DNA of 63,857 bases, filler included, from Phoronis australis (lineage: Eukaryota > Animalia > Phoronida), in assembly GCA_002633005.1 (NCBI GenBank). It is 9 parts of 9 records of this genome, joined end to end, with 100 filler letters (N's around TTAATTAATTAA, not from the genome) between each part and the next. Parts side by side here need not be neighbours in the genome. Positions count along the whole stretch, not along the records: positions 1 to 27,124 come from NMRA01001273.1; 8 more parts are not named here. One strand, given 5' to 3'. Of the stretch, positions 1 to 12,317 are shown piece after piece (the stretch's first letter is position 1; each line of letters opens with the position of its first letter). A model generated the notes under the pieces. The model saw only the letters and a program-made list of their open reading frames with translations. It did not search any database and had not been told where the DNA came from. The position numbers and the translations under genes are program-made.

Positions 1-1084
1 AGTGGTTTTAAAAAACAATCGGTAAACTCACCGATTTTTGTCTCATTACTTTGATACGTGTCTCTTCCGATAAGTAAGTACCTAACGTGCAGACGAGCAC
101 TCCAAATTGGAACGCTAAGTCCCGCGTGGTTGCGCTGCACGCGAAACAAGATGGCGGACGAACTTTGGAGCCTGACGAAAATAGGTAACCGGACGATATT
201 CCCTGGCCGAGGGAACTAATCTGGACCTGCCATTTATCTGCAGGAAGCGAATTCTAGAAATCAGCTACATTGTTTATTGCCTAAACTAAGCTGAGTTAAG
301 ATCTTAGAGTTGAGTTAAGTGATTTAGTCCCATTCACACACAGCCTAGCAAGTGCGAACTAGGCTACAACTCAACTTTGCACTTGTGGTACTTACCCCAC
401 TTTTAAGTAGAGTGCCCGGTAATTGTTTACAATATGACGACATTGACCTACACACATTGGTATCGTTCGATTCCTTGCAACGTTATCTTTCCAAAAGTAT
501 ATGAGTGTATCGCCCACCGCGATTTCTCCGTATTTTCTAGTCGAATTTCGGTTCGCACTCTTTCCCAGTTGACACTGCCATGTTAGCTCAACTCAAGATT
601 ACAGCGACACCTGTTGTTAATGAATGAAACAGCATCATCGATTCTGAATGGTGTTTGCCTGTGCGAGATTCCCGCTAAAGTTTTCCTGACATAATATGGA
701 GGAACAAGTAGCAGCATTTCACCTTTTCCAATTATTTAAAATTGTGACCATTTGACCATTTTTCCACGAAATTGTCTAAAGTGATACCCTTTTCACCAAT
801 TTGGACCTCAAAAACAACCTCCGCTTTTTTCGCGAATTGAGTCGGCTAACAGATGCGTACCAGGGTCTTCATAGGATCGAATTCGATCCCTTGGGACCGT
901 AACTCGGGCAGGTGATAGACGGGTCTCTGTCACATGTCGTGAACACATCCACTAAAACAAGAAACTGTAGGAACACAGCATTTATCCACCTTCACTCTTA
1001 TCAGGCTATTTTATCAAAATTAAGGCGCGCTGTCGATTTTTTTATCCCCGTTTGCTGGCTGGTAACAGTACAGGCACTGCTCCA

Positions 1085-3108
1085 CATGTCGTGAACACAT
1101 CCACTAAAACAAGAAACTGTAGGAACACAGCATTTATCCACCTTCACTCTTATCAGGCTTCTATTGTGAGTCAGCATGCGTGAATAATTGGCTGATAAGC
1201 CACCTCTGGAACTACTTTTGGCTGAATGGATGACCAGGCCATAAAATGATAATATTGGCCAAGACCAGTTACTAATGCAACAAAGAATAATGTCGTAGTA
1301 TCACCTAGCCTTGGTGGAAAGCTGTATACTGTATTGGCTCTAATAAACGCATAGAAAAAATCATTTCACGGGGAGGGGATTCTTATTGTAGCCTACGGCA
1401 GTTGAAAGCCGGTTTCCCCAACGGGTAAAATCGGAAGCGAGGATTCATAAAATTTACGCTTTGTGACGAATTTTTAGCCTATGACAGTCTTTCTACAAAA
1501 TTGTGGTGCATTGCTATGAACTTCCGTTGTTAAATTATGATAATTTTTCAAAAAATTGTGCTCATCACAGGGCGAAAACTTGCCGACTGATGCGTCGCCG
1601 CTGAATCGCCATCGTACTTCCGTTGTTAAATTACAATAATTTTTCAAAAAATTGTGCTCATCACAGGGCGAAAACTTGCCGACTGATGCGTCTGAATCAC
1701 GATCGTCAATAGGAAAACTTGAACTCTTGAATAAAAATATAGTTTCGACTCAACAAATTACCTGAAATCTTCCTTGTTTTACAATTTTTAAAGTTCATGT
1801 GGAGTCCAGATTAATTGCGATTAAGTCCAAATCTGCGCTACATCGTACCCCACAACACGAGAAAAATCTCTGGATGAACACACACGTTGTTGTCACGTGA
1901 CGTTTGTTTTGAAGTTCGTCTGCGTATGAGAGTGAGTGAGCGTGCGTGTGCGGGTCATCGACGACAGACTTTTTTGTTACAAAAGGCGGAGGATTATGCA
2001 AGAAAATGACGTTTACTAGATTGTTTTTCACTTAAACGGCTGCAACATGCAAGGTGAGTGCTGGTTAGCTCACAGATTTTGTGTGCACAGGCCGACTGTC
2101 GTTAGCTCTGCCGTGGAGTATTAAAAGTCCAAGGCTCGATCTACATGTTGGGGACGAGGTGAACTACACGGGCTGTGTGAAATTTCTGGGTCTAACGGAG
2201 ACACTGATGCAGTGGTCAGCCAGTTCGCTGTGTCAAGACTATAGTCAAAATCCAAATTCGTTTTATCGTGTCCCTGTCAATAATAACGGCATGCTAAAGC
2301 CTTCTTAAAATAGTCCAAGGCTCGATCTACATGTTGGGGACGAGGTGAACTACCCGGGCTGAGTGAAATTTCTGGGTCTAACGGAGACACTGACGCAGTG
2401 GTCAGCCAGCTCGCTGTATCAAGACTATAGTCAAAATCCAAATTCGTTTTATCGTGTCCCTGTCAATAATAACGGCATGCTAAAGCCTTCTTAATTTTCG
2501 TACTTCAGGAATATAACAACCACGTCTTTTGTACACATATGCGCACGCCGCAGATCACATCTCGGAAATTACCGATTTGATGGATGACAATGAATGAACA
2601 CCATGAAATTAACAACGTCGTTTTACAGCTTGTAAGATTCATAATAAACGTACGTATTTTGAATATTGCAATGCATGTGTTCCAAAATCTAAATAACTTG
2701 GGTCCTATATTTTTGTATTAGTGCGCGCCGAATGAAAGCAATCGTGAGTGTTGCTGTGTTGCAAATCTCTTATCCTGGGCCGATTTGAAAAATTCAAAGT
2801 TGTACTCATATTTGTTTTCGCTCCTCTTTTCAAATATTACGGTAAAAACTACGTAAAACTCTCTCCATAAAAAGTACAGTCTGCTAGCTAGATTGTAATC
2901 AGCTGATCATATCCGCATGAGCGAAGCCAATTATCCTCGCTCGTGACTCGATGACTAGAGCAGCTTGGCGGCATCCCTTTGATCGTGAGCCGAGTGCGAC
3001 TCAGCCAAGGTGGATAAATACGGTCTAGTTCAATTTTCCATACCCCACCGTTTACCTTAACCACTGGGGTTAGGACCAATCTTATTTAGTGGGAATGTTC
3101 ATAGCATC
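1085..3108 (+). mobile_element. Non-autonomous TIR element, 'CATG family', copy 1 (extra partial 5' end at 933-1007)
   Basis: Near-identical to 18234-19724 and 24595-25540. The left end catgtcgtgaacacatccactaaa matches the reverse complement of the right end (catg)ctatgaacattcccactaaa, an imperfect ~24-bp TIR. Internal tandem duplications at ~1520-1690 and ~2127-2494. No transposase ORF. Confidence 0.75.
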
Positions 3109-4904
3109 TAAAGAAAAGACGGGGTTTCCAAGGTAGTACACATACTACCGAAGTGCCCACCGATGTAAGACTCAATGTGCTTTTAAGAGAACACTTCCTT
3201 CGACACTTCTTTCGGAAAATTATCAAGCGGGTTACCAAATCATACAATTAATATTTATTAAGCACTGAAGTCCATATCATGATTATATAATATAAATTAT
3301 TGACCAACGATGGCCAGAATGTTAACTATGGGATCACAAGAAATAATTTAAATAAGTAACAGCGAATTAATAAGAACAATGAATAAATAAATAAAAATAA
3401 ATAATAATAAATAAAGAATAATCAAACAACTATATGATAATATAACAATAATAAAATTAGTAAATAAGTAGTAATCGTAAATATTATAATCTTTTAGATC
3501 TGATTGTATTATAACTGCAGAAAGAAATGAAACAAAGTAATCAATGGGCATAGAATAAACTAATCAATAATTCCCAAAATCTTGCAACCAACCATAATTT
3601 TCAATATAAGCGATCAAATGCAGGGAACAGTTAAAACATGTTCAAATCACCCGGTCCATCCCTGGTTGACTGGCAGCAGTTTCACACAAAACATTCTTTG
3701 TTTCAATCGTGAACATCGTGTATCTTAATCAGTAGGGAAGCAAAAAGTCACGAATTTTCAATTAACTGTTGCTGCAGACGCAGGTATTGCAAAAAGCACC
3801 GTTGCTGTTTACCGATTGGAGCCGTCATGTCTTGCCATATTTGTTTATTGCACACAAGTCCGCTAGACGTCTCTACGGTCCAATAACAATAGCCGCCAGT
3901 GGCCGTCCAATGGGATTTCGCTAGGTGGTTTGTCTACCTCTCAACGGTCTCTGGACACGACATGACCTTACTCGGAAGCCAGACAGCGCGTGGCACGCGG
4001 TCCGCCATATTGATGATGAATGCTATGTAAACAAAAGCACGGTGGCCTTATGGAAGCCGGGGAATTTTCAGAATAAAATTTGAAATTTTAAGAATGATTC
4101 CATATAAAAACCATATGAAAATGAAAAATCACTATATACTCAAAAATTCATACAGAGCTAATACTTTGTGCATGTGTTGAGATGCTGGCCCAAAGTACAC
4201 TGCTGCAATATTTGCACTCAATGACCTTTGGTTACCGAGATATGACCTATTTGGCTATAAAGGCATATTTTGCATTTTTTCATGTCGGTAAAACTGCATT
4301 TTTTGAACGGCAAAAATCAGACTTGGAAAACTGGTGACAAAGTTTGACATTGATGGTCATAAAGACTAATGTAAGGTTAGTAAGAAAATGAAATTTGCAA
4401 CTCATAGGTATAATCAAATTTCCAGCAGGGGAGAAAACTCTGAGACCACTTTTCAGGCCAGTCACTAGTGGTAAGATGTTGCTTAACCTGCCTGCTATAT
4501 CGGAATATATTTGAAGTTGAAATTCTCTGTGTAGACTCTTATAAGATTGAACTTTGATAATTGCTTTTAAAAAAACTTGTCTCTTATATATTTAGAGCTA
4601 AACGTGGCCCTCGAATTTGGGCATTTTTGTGATGTGGCCTTACTCTGACTGTCAAGAGAATTGAGGCTACTCTTTTAGTTTAGAGATATCACCTAAAATA
4701 TATGATCAAATATCGGCAATGCGATATCACAAAACTTTGAATTTCACTTTTGAGACCCCAATTTTTTAAAACACTCCATTCTTTGTTTAACTTTACCAAT
4801 AGCACTTTAGGGTTCGAGATTACATGCACTTCCTGTCACTGCAAAGAGTATGGAGGAATTTCCTAATTGTACATTTGGTTAATTTTCTTTACAAAAGAGT
4901 AATC

Positions 4905-5313
4905 GCGGAGAAAATGTGGCCTTCATTAGCTGTGTTAAAGACGTCAGAAGTCATCTGAAGTCGTGCAAAGTGCCACAGAAGTTTGAAAGTATATCGGAAT
5001 TACAGCTGATTCTTGCCAGAGCTGGAGATAGGAGGTTGGACTGGCAAACCAATGGAAATGCGCCGTGATATATTTACACATCGACATGAGTTTGGACTTG
5101 GCTTTAAGACAACAATTGACGTGCTGTTATCCAGAACACACAGCATATTGTCAGAGGGATAAACCAGGAACAAGCAAAACAGGATCTGACGTCATCTCTC
5201 ACCTCACACCAAGTTTTGGTTGTAATGGATTTTGCAATGAAGTTCAAACCCATCAGTTTCCGTGAGGCACAACCCGACTGGTTTGGAAAAAAGGATCTCA
5301 TGGCATGTGGCGG
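4905..5313 (+). pseudogene. Decayed, internally deleted DDD/E transposase remnant, probably Sola-like
   Basis: Broken frames give SCVKDVRSHL..ELQLILARAG, HRHEFG, TCCYPEH and then VLVVMDFAMKFKPISFREAQPDWFGKK/ISWHVA. The last block is a motif I recognise from invertebrate transposase-like proteins. The superfamily is from memory and unverified. Confidence 0.45.
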
Positions 5314-6495
5314 TGTCGCGTGAAATTTCTTCCCCGTGAAATTTCTTCCCAAATGAAAACGGCAAAGCACAGCTGTAAAATAAGCCTAAAAATATAAATT
5401 CACTACGTGTGTGATAATGTAACGATTTTAGTCAATTGCCATTGTTATGTTAGACTATAGATTTACTTCAATTCAGTCGCCGGTCACTGGGCGGGCTTGC
5501 GCACGTATGGCCTATACTTTGCAGGTTGTGATCATGTTTTTGTTTGTTTTATTGTACTCTGTCAACTGTATTATGAGCTAATATTACTGATGTTAATAAA
5601 CCTGTCACCCTCTGTCTCGCTCTCTCTGTCTCTTTTTCTCTACTTGCGGGGCGGAATCCCGTTAGCTAGGTAGGATCGTGCCCCTGCACGACTGCCGTGG
5701 AGTGCATCCGGACCGGGGAGTCCTCTGTTGAAAGGCAAATTAGTAAAAAGCTCTTTCAAAAAGTGACATTCTGTAGACTCTATACTTAAAATTGATTCAT
5801 AAGATTAAAATATTTCTGAATTTCATTTCCTGGCCTGGGCGTCGCCTGACCTTAGGCCCGTCGCGGTGAAGACGCGACGCTCTTCGTCATCACTCCGATC
5901 TGAGTGTTCTTTTTCGCTTGTACTGAATTTCCTTCAAGAATATGTTAGAAAAGGCGTAAATTAGTATTGACTGAGGGAGACTGAGCAGCGCGAAATTGGT
6001 GACGACTGCGGACGGCGCTAAGCTGGTGACGACCAGAAGAAACGGTCCTGTTATCTTTCGCACAGATTATCAGAAACATGTCAGAAATACTCGAATGGGT
6101 AAAAATACTCGGTTGGGTATATTCCCAGTAAGGCATTATCATTTGTTATGATACGTAATAAGTTAAAATAATCGACGCCCACCTGTATGACCGAAGGCGA
6201 TGATCCCGGAGAAAATAGGTGTCCTGTGTGAAATAGTGTTCCTACATCATCAAACGCATCTTTCAGGAAAGTCTTACAAAAATGTACACTAAAAGAAAAC
6301 ACAGAAATTGGAAACCTTGTTTTTTCCAGGAAATTCGGTTCATGAGATTCGGAAAAAGGGAAATTTTCAAAATCGGTTTAGGAAAGCTCCAGCAAGCGAA
6401 ATAATTAGCGAGAATCAGGAAAAGTATTAAAAACTCCAAGATCATTTTACAAAATCAAACGCCGTGGGAAGGGACCATCACAGCTACAATGGGTA

Positions 6496-6640
6496 CAGTG
6501 GCGGATTTAGGATATCACGTACAAGGGGGGGGGGGCAACTTTTTGTCAGGCTGTAAGCATTTGCGCAAACTGAACCACGATTGTAGATGCGCATAGCACC
6601 GAAGTGGGGGACCCCTGGGCCCCCCCTAAATCCGCCTATG
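6496..6640. mobile_element. MITE nested in the Ginger element
   Basis: Ends cagtggcggatttag ... ctaaatccgcctatg, with gggta on both flanks. A related partial copy lies at 47987-48078. Confidence 0.65.
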
Positions 6641-7899
6641 GGGTAAAAATTGTAGTAGAATATTTACACTTCCTTGGTAAGGAAACTGAATTCGCAGATT
6701 AAAAATCTTTGAATGCGCCCTGAGCGCGTGGAGCGCTCCTAAAATGCCTGAGATCAATCCTTGATAAACAAGACTATTTTAGTCTGTTATATTCCATAGT
6801 GTTGTATATCAAGGAACTTGCAAATATATAGGTAGTAGGAATTACTTACTTCATGCGGGAACAAGACGAACGAGTATCCTGCTTGAATTGAAATAAGGTG
6901 CCTATCAAACCTTATAAAAAACAAAGTTATCTATCTTGAGAATTCGTAAAGACTAAAAATGTCGAAGAAAATTATTTCTTGACCAAAGAAATTGAAGGCC
7001 TTTGTATCTTTCGCAAAACATGAGAATTCAGTATCCTATTTTTAATTAAACGTTATTTCTTGACCAAAGAAATTGAAGGCCTTGGTATTTTTCGCAAAAC
7101 TTGAGAATTTAGTATCCTAATTTTAATTGAACGTTTTTGCAAAAAAGCTTGACTTTGTATTCTTGGTTGATCACGGATATTTCGTTTTCATACTTATTTT
7201 GCGGGAGACGTCTCCTGCTGGAAAATTGTCAGCCTACCTGTCTGATGTAAATCGCTAATAACATCAAACTGAAAATACTTCAACGTACCCAAATGTGATT
7301 TTACTCTGGCTGGCGCCAGAAAGACTGGAACTGACGCTTGTTTTTTCTTCATAAAACGAAAGCATAGGGACCTACTCTTTATTTATATGTGGGTGTGTGT
7401 GAGTGTATATTTAAACACTGCACTATTGTAGGCCCCTAAATTAGTAATATTCCATCGATTTTGGCTCAATATTCAATGTTGCCCACTTATTTATTTTCGG
7501 GTTATCAATCCAGTTTAAAGATGTCCTTCAAGGAATTATCTCAGTGCATTGTAAAGATAACTGATTTTTCTGAGTCCAGAATTCTTTGTAGGCCCATAAA
7601 GGAAATGGACCGTACCTAGAAATGTTGTGTGACATTATTCAAGTTAAAGAATTATTATCCCTCAATTTTCTGTGTGGAGGTTAAGTTGATTCACCAAAGA
7701 ATCCCAATAAAACTTTTTATTACCTATAAGTTTATTGGTTAGCAGTGAAACATGCTCAGGCAAGTTTTCATTTATTGAGAAGTCAGTAAATATTTTACAA
7801 GAAATTAGGTGTTCTATAACTTGATAAGATATGAAAGCCAAACATCTAGCATGAATGGGACCAAAGCTAGAATTTGTAAATATTTTTGTACAAACTTAG

Positions 7900-8345
7900 A
7901 CCAAAATCGCTTTCAAAATCTTCATTTTTAGAGCATATCATCATGTCTAATGAAAGTCTTGGAGACAAAAACACATGTTCCTTTACTTGATTACCTTAGA
8001 GAGCCAAAAGGCTAGCACCACTAGGGCCAATAATGAAATTCGCACAAATTTTACTATGTATTCAAACCAAAATCGCTTTCAAAATCTACAATTCTGGGAG
8101 CACATCTGCGAAAGTTGGTACAGTACATATTCATCATGTCTAATGAAAGTCTTGGAGACAAAAACACATGTTCCTTAACTTGGTTAACTGTGAGAAGCAA
8201 AAANCAGTACATATTCATCATGTCTAATGAAAGTCTTGGAGACAGAAACACATGTTCCTATACTTGATTACCTCTGAGAGTCAAAAGGCTAGCATGACTA
8301 GGGAAACTTGGTACAGTAGACATTCACCATGTCTAATGAAAGCCT
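7900..8345. repeat. Dispersed direct repeats (tcatcatgtctaatgaaagtcttggagacaaaaacacatgttcc, 3-4 copies)
   Basis: Unit seen at ~7938, 8131 and 8215, plus a partial copy at ~8323. An N at 8204 may mean one copy is an assembly overlap. Confidence 0.6.
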
Positions 8346-9094
8346 ACAACACCTAAAAACTATCATATCTAGGTTCCAATTGGAAAGCATCACAAGCGTG
8401 TGAGTCATCATGTTGATCAAGTCTTTGCCATACACCAACGCGGCTGGAAATGAAGACAAAAATAAGTTAAACATTACTCAAAAAACAAAAAATCACAATT
8501 TTTAGTAATGGTATCCCGATAGCTGTAATTTTTTAATATTTTTTATATTTCATTAAATATATATGTAGCAAACAGAATTTAATAAACCACAGAAATTTAA
8601 TTTCCTGATTCCTCAACAAACAACGACCAATCAAATATGACACATGACAATTAAGACCTCAAAACTTAAAAACATCTAAGGAAAGTTCAGAACTACCAAA
8701 TACTGCAAAGGCTATTGATCTTTTAGAAATGAGTGGTAGTTACACTCTCATTTATTTAATGTAAAGGAGAACAAGATAAAGTACAATACACAAAATAAAA
8801 TTAAAGGATGCAAAAGTATTTACCCCGCTGATGATGCCTGATGGGAGTTCCCACCACATAGAAAACAGAAGACTGACTTGAATGGGTTTATCCTAATAGC
8901 ACCACCAATCATATAATCCCTTCTAATGTCCCTGAAGATTTAGTACCACCAGTGGAGCTGTGAAGCAGATAAAAGAGAACTGTACCCCATGTCCAGAGGT
9001 GTCTGTAAATGCACTAAGTATTTCTTATGGTCACCCAACCATACGCAGGCACCACATGATTACAAAGCTGATAATTACCACCAAATCAACTGTG

Positions 9095-9160
9095 ATTGGA
9101 GGATGCTACTACATACAACTTGCGTATAAAAGGAGACAACTAAATCAAAACTCTTAGTTC
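9095..9160 (+). promoter_or_regulatory. Compact Pol II core promoter of the SGNH gene: reverse CCAAT, TATA box, Inr
   Basis: ATTGG at 9095-9099, TATAAAAG at 9125-9132 and Inr-like TTAGTT with its A at 9156 (TATA at -31). The ATG at 9164 is in the Kozak context CACCATG. Confidence 0.65.
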
Positions 9161-9163
9161 ACC

Positions 9164-9736
9164 ATGACCATGCCAACAAAAGTACTAGTGATCGGGAGTA
9201 GCTATATACGAAGGCTACAAGAGCACATCACTCATAACCACCTGAGCAACAGATTTCAATTAAGCGACGAGAGTCTCCACATCAAACTACATGGTAAAGG
9301 TGGTCTCACGTGTACCAAGCTACGGGCCAATGAACTGCATGTACTGCAATCTTACCAACCCCATGTGGCTGTACTCCATGTTGGTGGCAATGATTTGAGT
9401 AGTTTACCTGTGGAGACAGTGCTGTACGACATCCTAGCACTGTTGAGCCTCCTGCACCATCAGCATGGCGTCAAGGTTATTGTTGTCTGCTCAGTCCTGT
9501 ACAGATACAACATACCACATTTTACAGACAAGGCTGACGAGCTCAACCACAGATTAGAGACCACAGTGCGTGACCTCTCCTATGTCAAGTTTTGGAAACA
9601 CCAAAGATTCCAGAACAATATGAAGCTAGTACACCGGGATCGTGTGCACCTCAGCAAAGCAGGAAATGATCGTTTATACAGATCACTGAAGAGTGCCATA
9701 GTTCTTGGCTTGTCCAGTGTAAAGGGACTTCAGTGA
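9164..9736 (+). CDS. SGNH/GDSL hydrolase (esterase)-like protein, 190 aa, intronless
   Basis: Intact ORF with all four SGNH blocks: LVIGSSYIRRL (nucleophile Ser), GKGGLT, LHVGGNDL and DRVHLS (DxxH). Confidence 0.85.
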   Translation: MTMPTKVLVIGSSYIRRLQEHITHNHLSNRFQLSDESLHIKLHGKGGLTCTKLRANELHVLQSYQPHVAVLHVGGNDLSSLPVETVLYDILALLSLLHHQHGVKVIVVCSVLYRYNIPHFTDKADELNHRLETTVRDLSYVKFWKHQRFQNNMKLVHRDRVHLSKAGNDRLYRSLKSAIVLGLSSVKGLQ

Positions 9737-9751
9737 ATACTGAATTTAAAC

Positions 9752-9767
9752 AGCCCTTTTAAGGGCC
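9752..9767 (+). promoter_or_regulatory. Histone-mRNA-type 3' stem-loop after the SGNH ORF
   Basis: aaac-AGCCCTTTTAAGGGCC-acaa matches the canonical GGYYCTTTTNAGRRCC stem-loop at 15/16 positions, with typical A-rich and AC flanks. It starts 15 nt after the stop codon, and no AATAAA follows closely. Confidence 0.6.
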
Positions 9768-10619
9768 ACAATGTGTAAAATAATTGTTTTCTTTTTTCTT
9801 TGTTGTCATTAATCTTTTGGACTTTATATGCAAGATTTAATATAGATTCCAAACCAAAATTTGTGTTGTTTATGGGTTTGTATGCCCTATGAACTAATGT
9901 CTTCGTTCAAACGTCAATGTTACATCGGTCAAACAGTTTGCAGTCTTTCCCATCGGATATCTATCCATCTGCAAAATGGCGCCATTCAAGATCAGTTTCT
10001 GCAATGTCTGTCACAAATGTGAAATCACCAGTCAAGAAATTGTGGAAAACACGTCAATTCGTTACGTGGAGCACGATGTGGTGCAGTTGAGAGTATTAGA
10101 GTCCCTTTTAATTGCCATTTTGAATGAGCAGCGCAGCAAACAAGGTCGCGACGCACGTTACTTGAGAATGAAACAAGTATGTTTTGAAATATCGTGTGTC
10201 TTTTAATTAGGTCGCTAGGTCAGTTACTTTATCTATGTTCAGTTGAGAGTAGAGTAACTGAATAATGACTGTCAACAGTGAAAAATGTCGTGCGTTTAAC
10301 CAATTCTGATACATTTCACAAAACTTATCAGGGTTAAACTAATACCACACTTTCGGTTAAAGTTCTTGTTTTCACACTTGTTGCAGTTTCCATATGCAGT
10401 CAACCAAAAAATTTGAACTTTTTCAAATATAACTCTTAATGAGGGAGCCTCATTGTGGCAAGAGTTGGGCAGTGTTACAATGTAGAAACAGTTGTCTCGG
10501 GCAAACACTATCTGGTTTACTGGCATAATTTTTAAGAAAACTGAACACCTCTGCACTCTCACACCCATACCTCCCACGAAAATAACTATCTGATGACATG
10601 GGCACATTGGCTGACACAC

Positions 10620-10872
10620 CCAGACGATGTTCAAAAGAAACCTCACGTGAAAACAACATGTGTGTTTGTCCAGACGCATCGAGGAGTTGTTGCCTTTTTT
10701 CTGTAAAATGATCGTAATTTAACCATGAGATTTGATAGCAATGCAACACAGTTTTGTCGAAAACCTGTCATAGGTTACGAACATGTAAGAGAGTGTGAAT
10801 TTGATGAATCCTAGGTTCTAAGGTTACAATAAACGTCCCCTCCCCCCATGAAACGAATTTTTCTAAGTGCTC
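10620..10872 (-). repeat. Diverged, inverted fragment related to the CATG-family element
   Basis: The reverse complement contains cttagaaaaattcgtttcatggggggagggg, cctatgacaggttttcgacaaaactgtgttgcattgctatc and aacacacatgttgttttcacgtga. Each matches a block of 18505-18990 in the same order. Confidence 0.55.
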
Positions 10873-10890
10873 AGACATTTATGAGGGCGA

Positions 10891-11004
10891 ATAGAGCACT
10901 ACAAATAGAGCACTACAAATAGAGCACTACAAATAGAGCACTACAAATAGAGCACTACAAATAGAGCACTACAAATAGAGCACTACAAATAGAGCACTAC
11001 AAAT
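10891..11004. repeat. Perfect tandem repeat (ATAGAGCACTACAA)x8
   Basis: Eight identical 14-bp units counted directly. Confidence 0.95.
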
Positions 11005-11714
11005 GCCAGTGGCTAATGTGGTGGACCAGCAATAGCATACACACCACAGCCACAAGAGAAACTTAGTAAACCAGAAACACCACCAATACTATCGTAAAAA
11101 TCATAAAAACTGAGCAAGCAATTTAAACACAAGAAAATTGAATAACGCAACTTTGACCACATATTTATGAGAACATTAAAATGGAGGAACTGGTAAATAC
11201 AATGATAACCAACTTACCAAAGACAAGCTCATCAGCGTTAAAAAGGGTGCTGTTAATTTAATTTCGCTTTCACACTTAGCTACTTATACTAAAGACTGCA
11301 CAGTAAAATTAAGATGCAGCACAATTGTATAAGAGGCTGGGTGTTTTTTTTTAAGCTAAACATTAAATTGCTGTAAAAAATAGTGCATTACGTAAAGCCT
11401 GAAACAAAATCTCAATGTCATCACAATCAATTGAACATGGAACCCAGGCAGGATATTAGACAGGCGTAGCCCATCCATGAAAATTGAAAACGCAGTGTAT
11501 TTAGTGTCAGTTTGGTGGATCAAAAGGAATTATTTTCAGTTATCATGTTTACAAATCTCAGTACCAAAATACGTGTGTTCGGCATGAGAACAGTGTAATT
11601 GTAACAAAGACATAGGGAGGGTTGAAACGCTGCTAATATCCTGCAGACAATAAGAAACTTGATTTTTACAGATATGAAGTTTACCTGCAAAAAGATGGCT
11701 TAAGTATTAGTAAC

Positions 11715-12300
11715 ACATCCAACATCACAAGTATCTAATTTTTTTTTTTTTTTTGAAGCACTCTTTCTCCACAACCATACACCTCACATCACAAGTATCT
11801 AATTTTTTTGTTTTTTTTTGAAGCACTCTTTCTCCACAACCATACACCTCACATCACAAGTATCTAGTTTTTTTTGAAGCACTCTTTCTCACACAATCAC
11901 ATATCCAACATCACAAGTATCTAATTTTGTAAAGCTAAATAAAGCAGGAGGATTTGAAATTGGACTTGAAGGAAAACCAAAACGAAAACACCAAGACGGC
12001 AGCATACTTATTAAGCGTGCACAAGTAACTCCTATATGCACACCAAAATAAGTTAACATAAAATCCCAAAAATCTAAAAGTGAATCAAACACGAGGATTT
12101 GAAATTGGACTTGAAGAAAAACCAAAACGGAAACACCAAGACGGAAGCATACTTATATAAGCGTGCACAAGTAACTCCTATATGCACATAAATTCCCAAA
12201 AATCTAAAAGTGAATCAGACACGAAGATTTGAAATTGGACTTCAAGAAAACCAGAAATGAGAACACCAAGACGGCAGCATATGTGGACAAACTGTGAATC
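11715..12300. repeat. Tandem repeats downstream of the Ginger transposase stop (~60-bp and ~135-bp units)
   Basis: acatcacaagtatcta..gaagcactctttctc occurs 3-4 times. gatttgaaattggactt..acaccaagacgg occurs 3 times. Confidence 0.8.
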
Positions 12301-12317
12301 AAAACCGACAGTGAAAC

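Noticed and set aside
1363-1378. 12-bp match (ATTTCACGGGG..) between the CATG family and the Ginger TIR
   Set aside because: It is a single short internal match and the termini and TSD types differ, so it cannot be distinguished from chance.
2127-2494. HDV-like ribozyme or CAP-Gly-like exon in the duplicated ~185-bp unit
   Set aside because: I could not build the P1/P3 pairing. One copy has an in-frame stop and the protein resemblance is too weak.
10891-11004. CRISPR-like array (also 27622-27741 and 48683-48880)
   Set aside because: The units are contiguous with no unique spacers, the context is eukaryotic and there are no cas genes.
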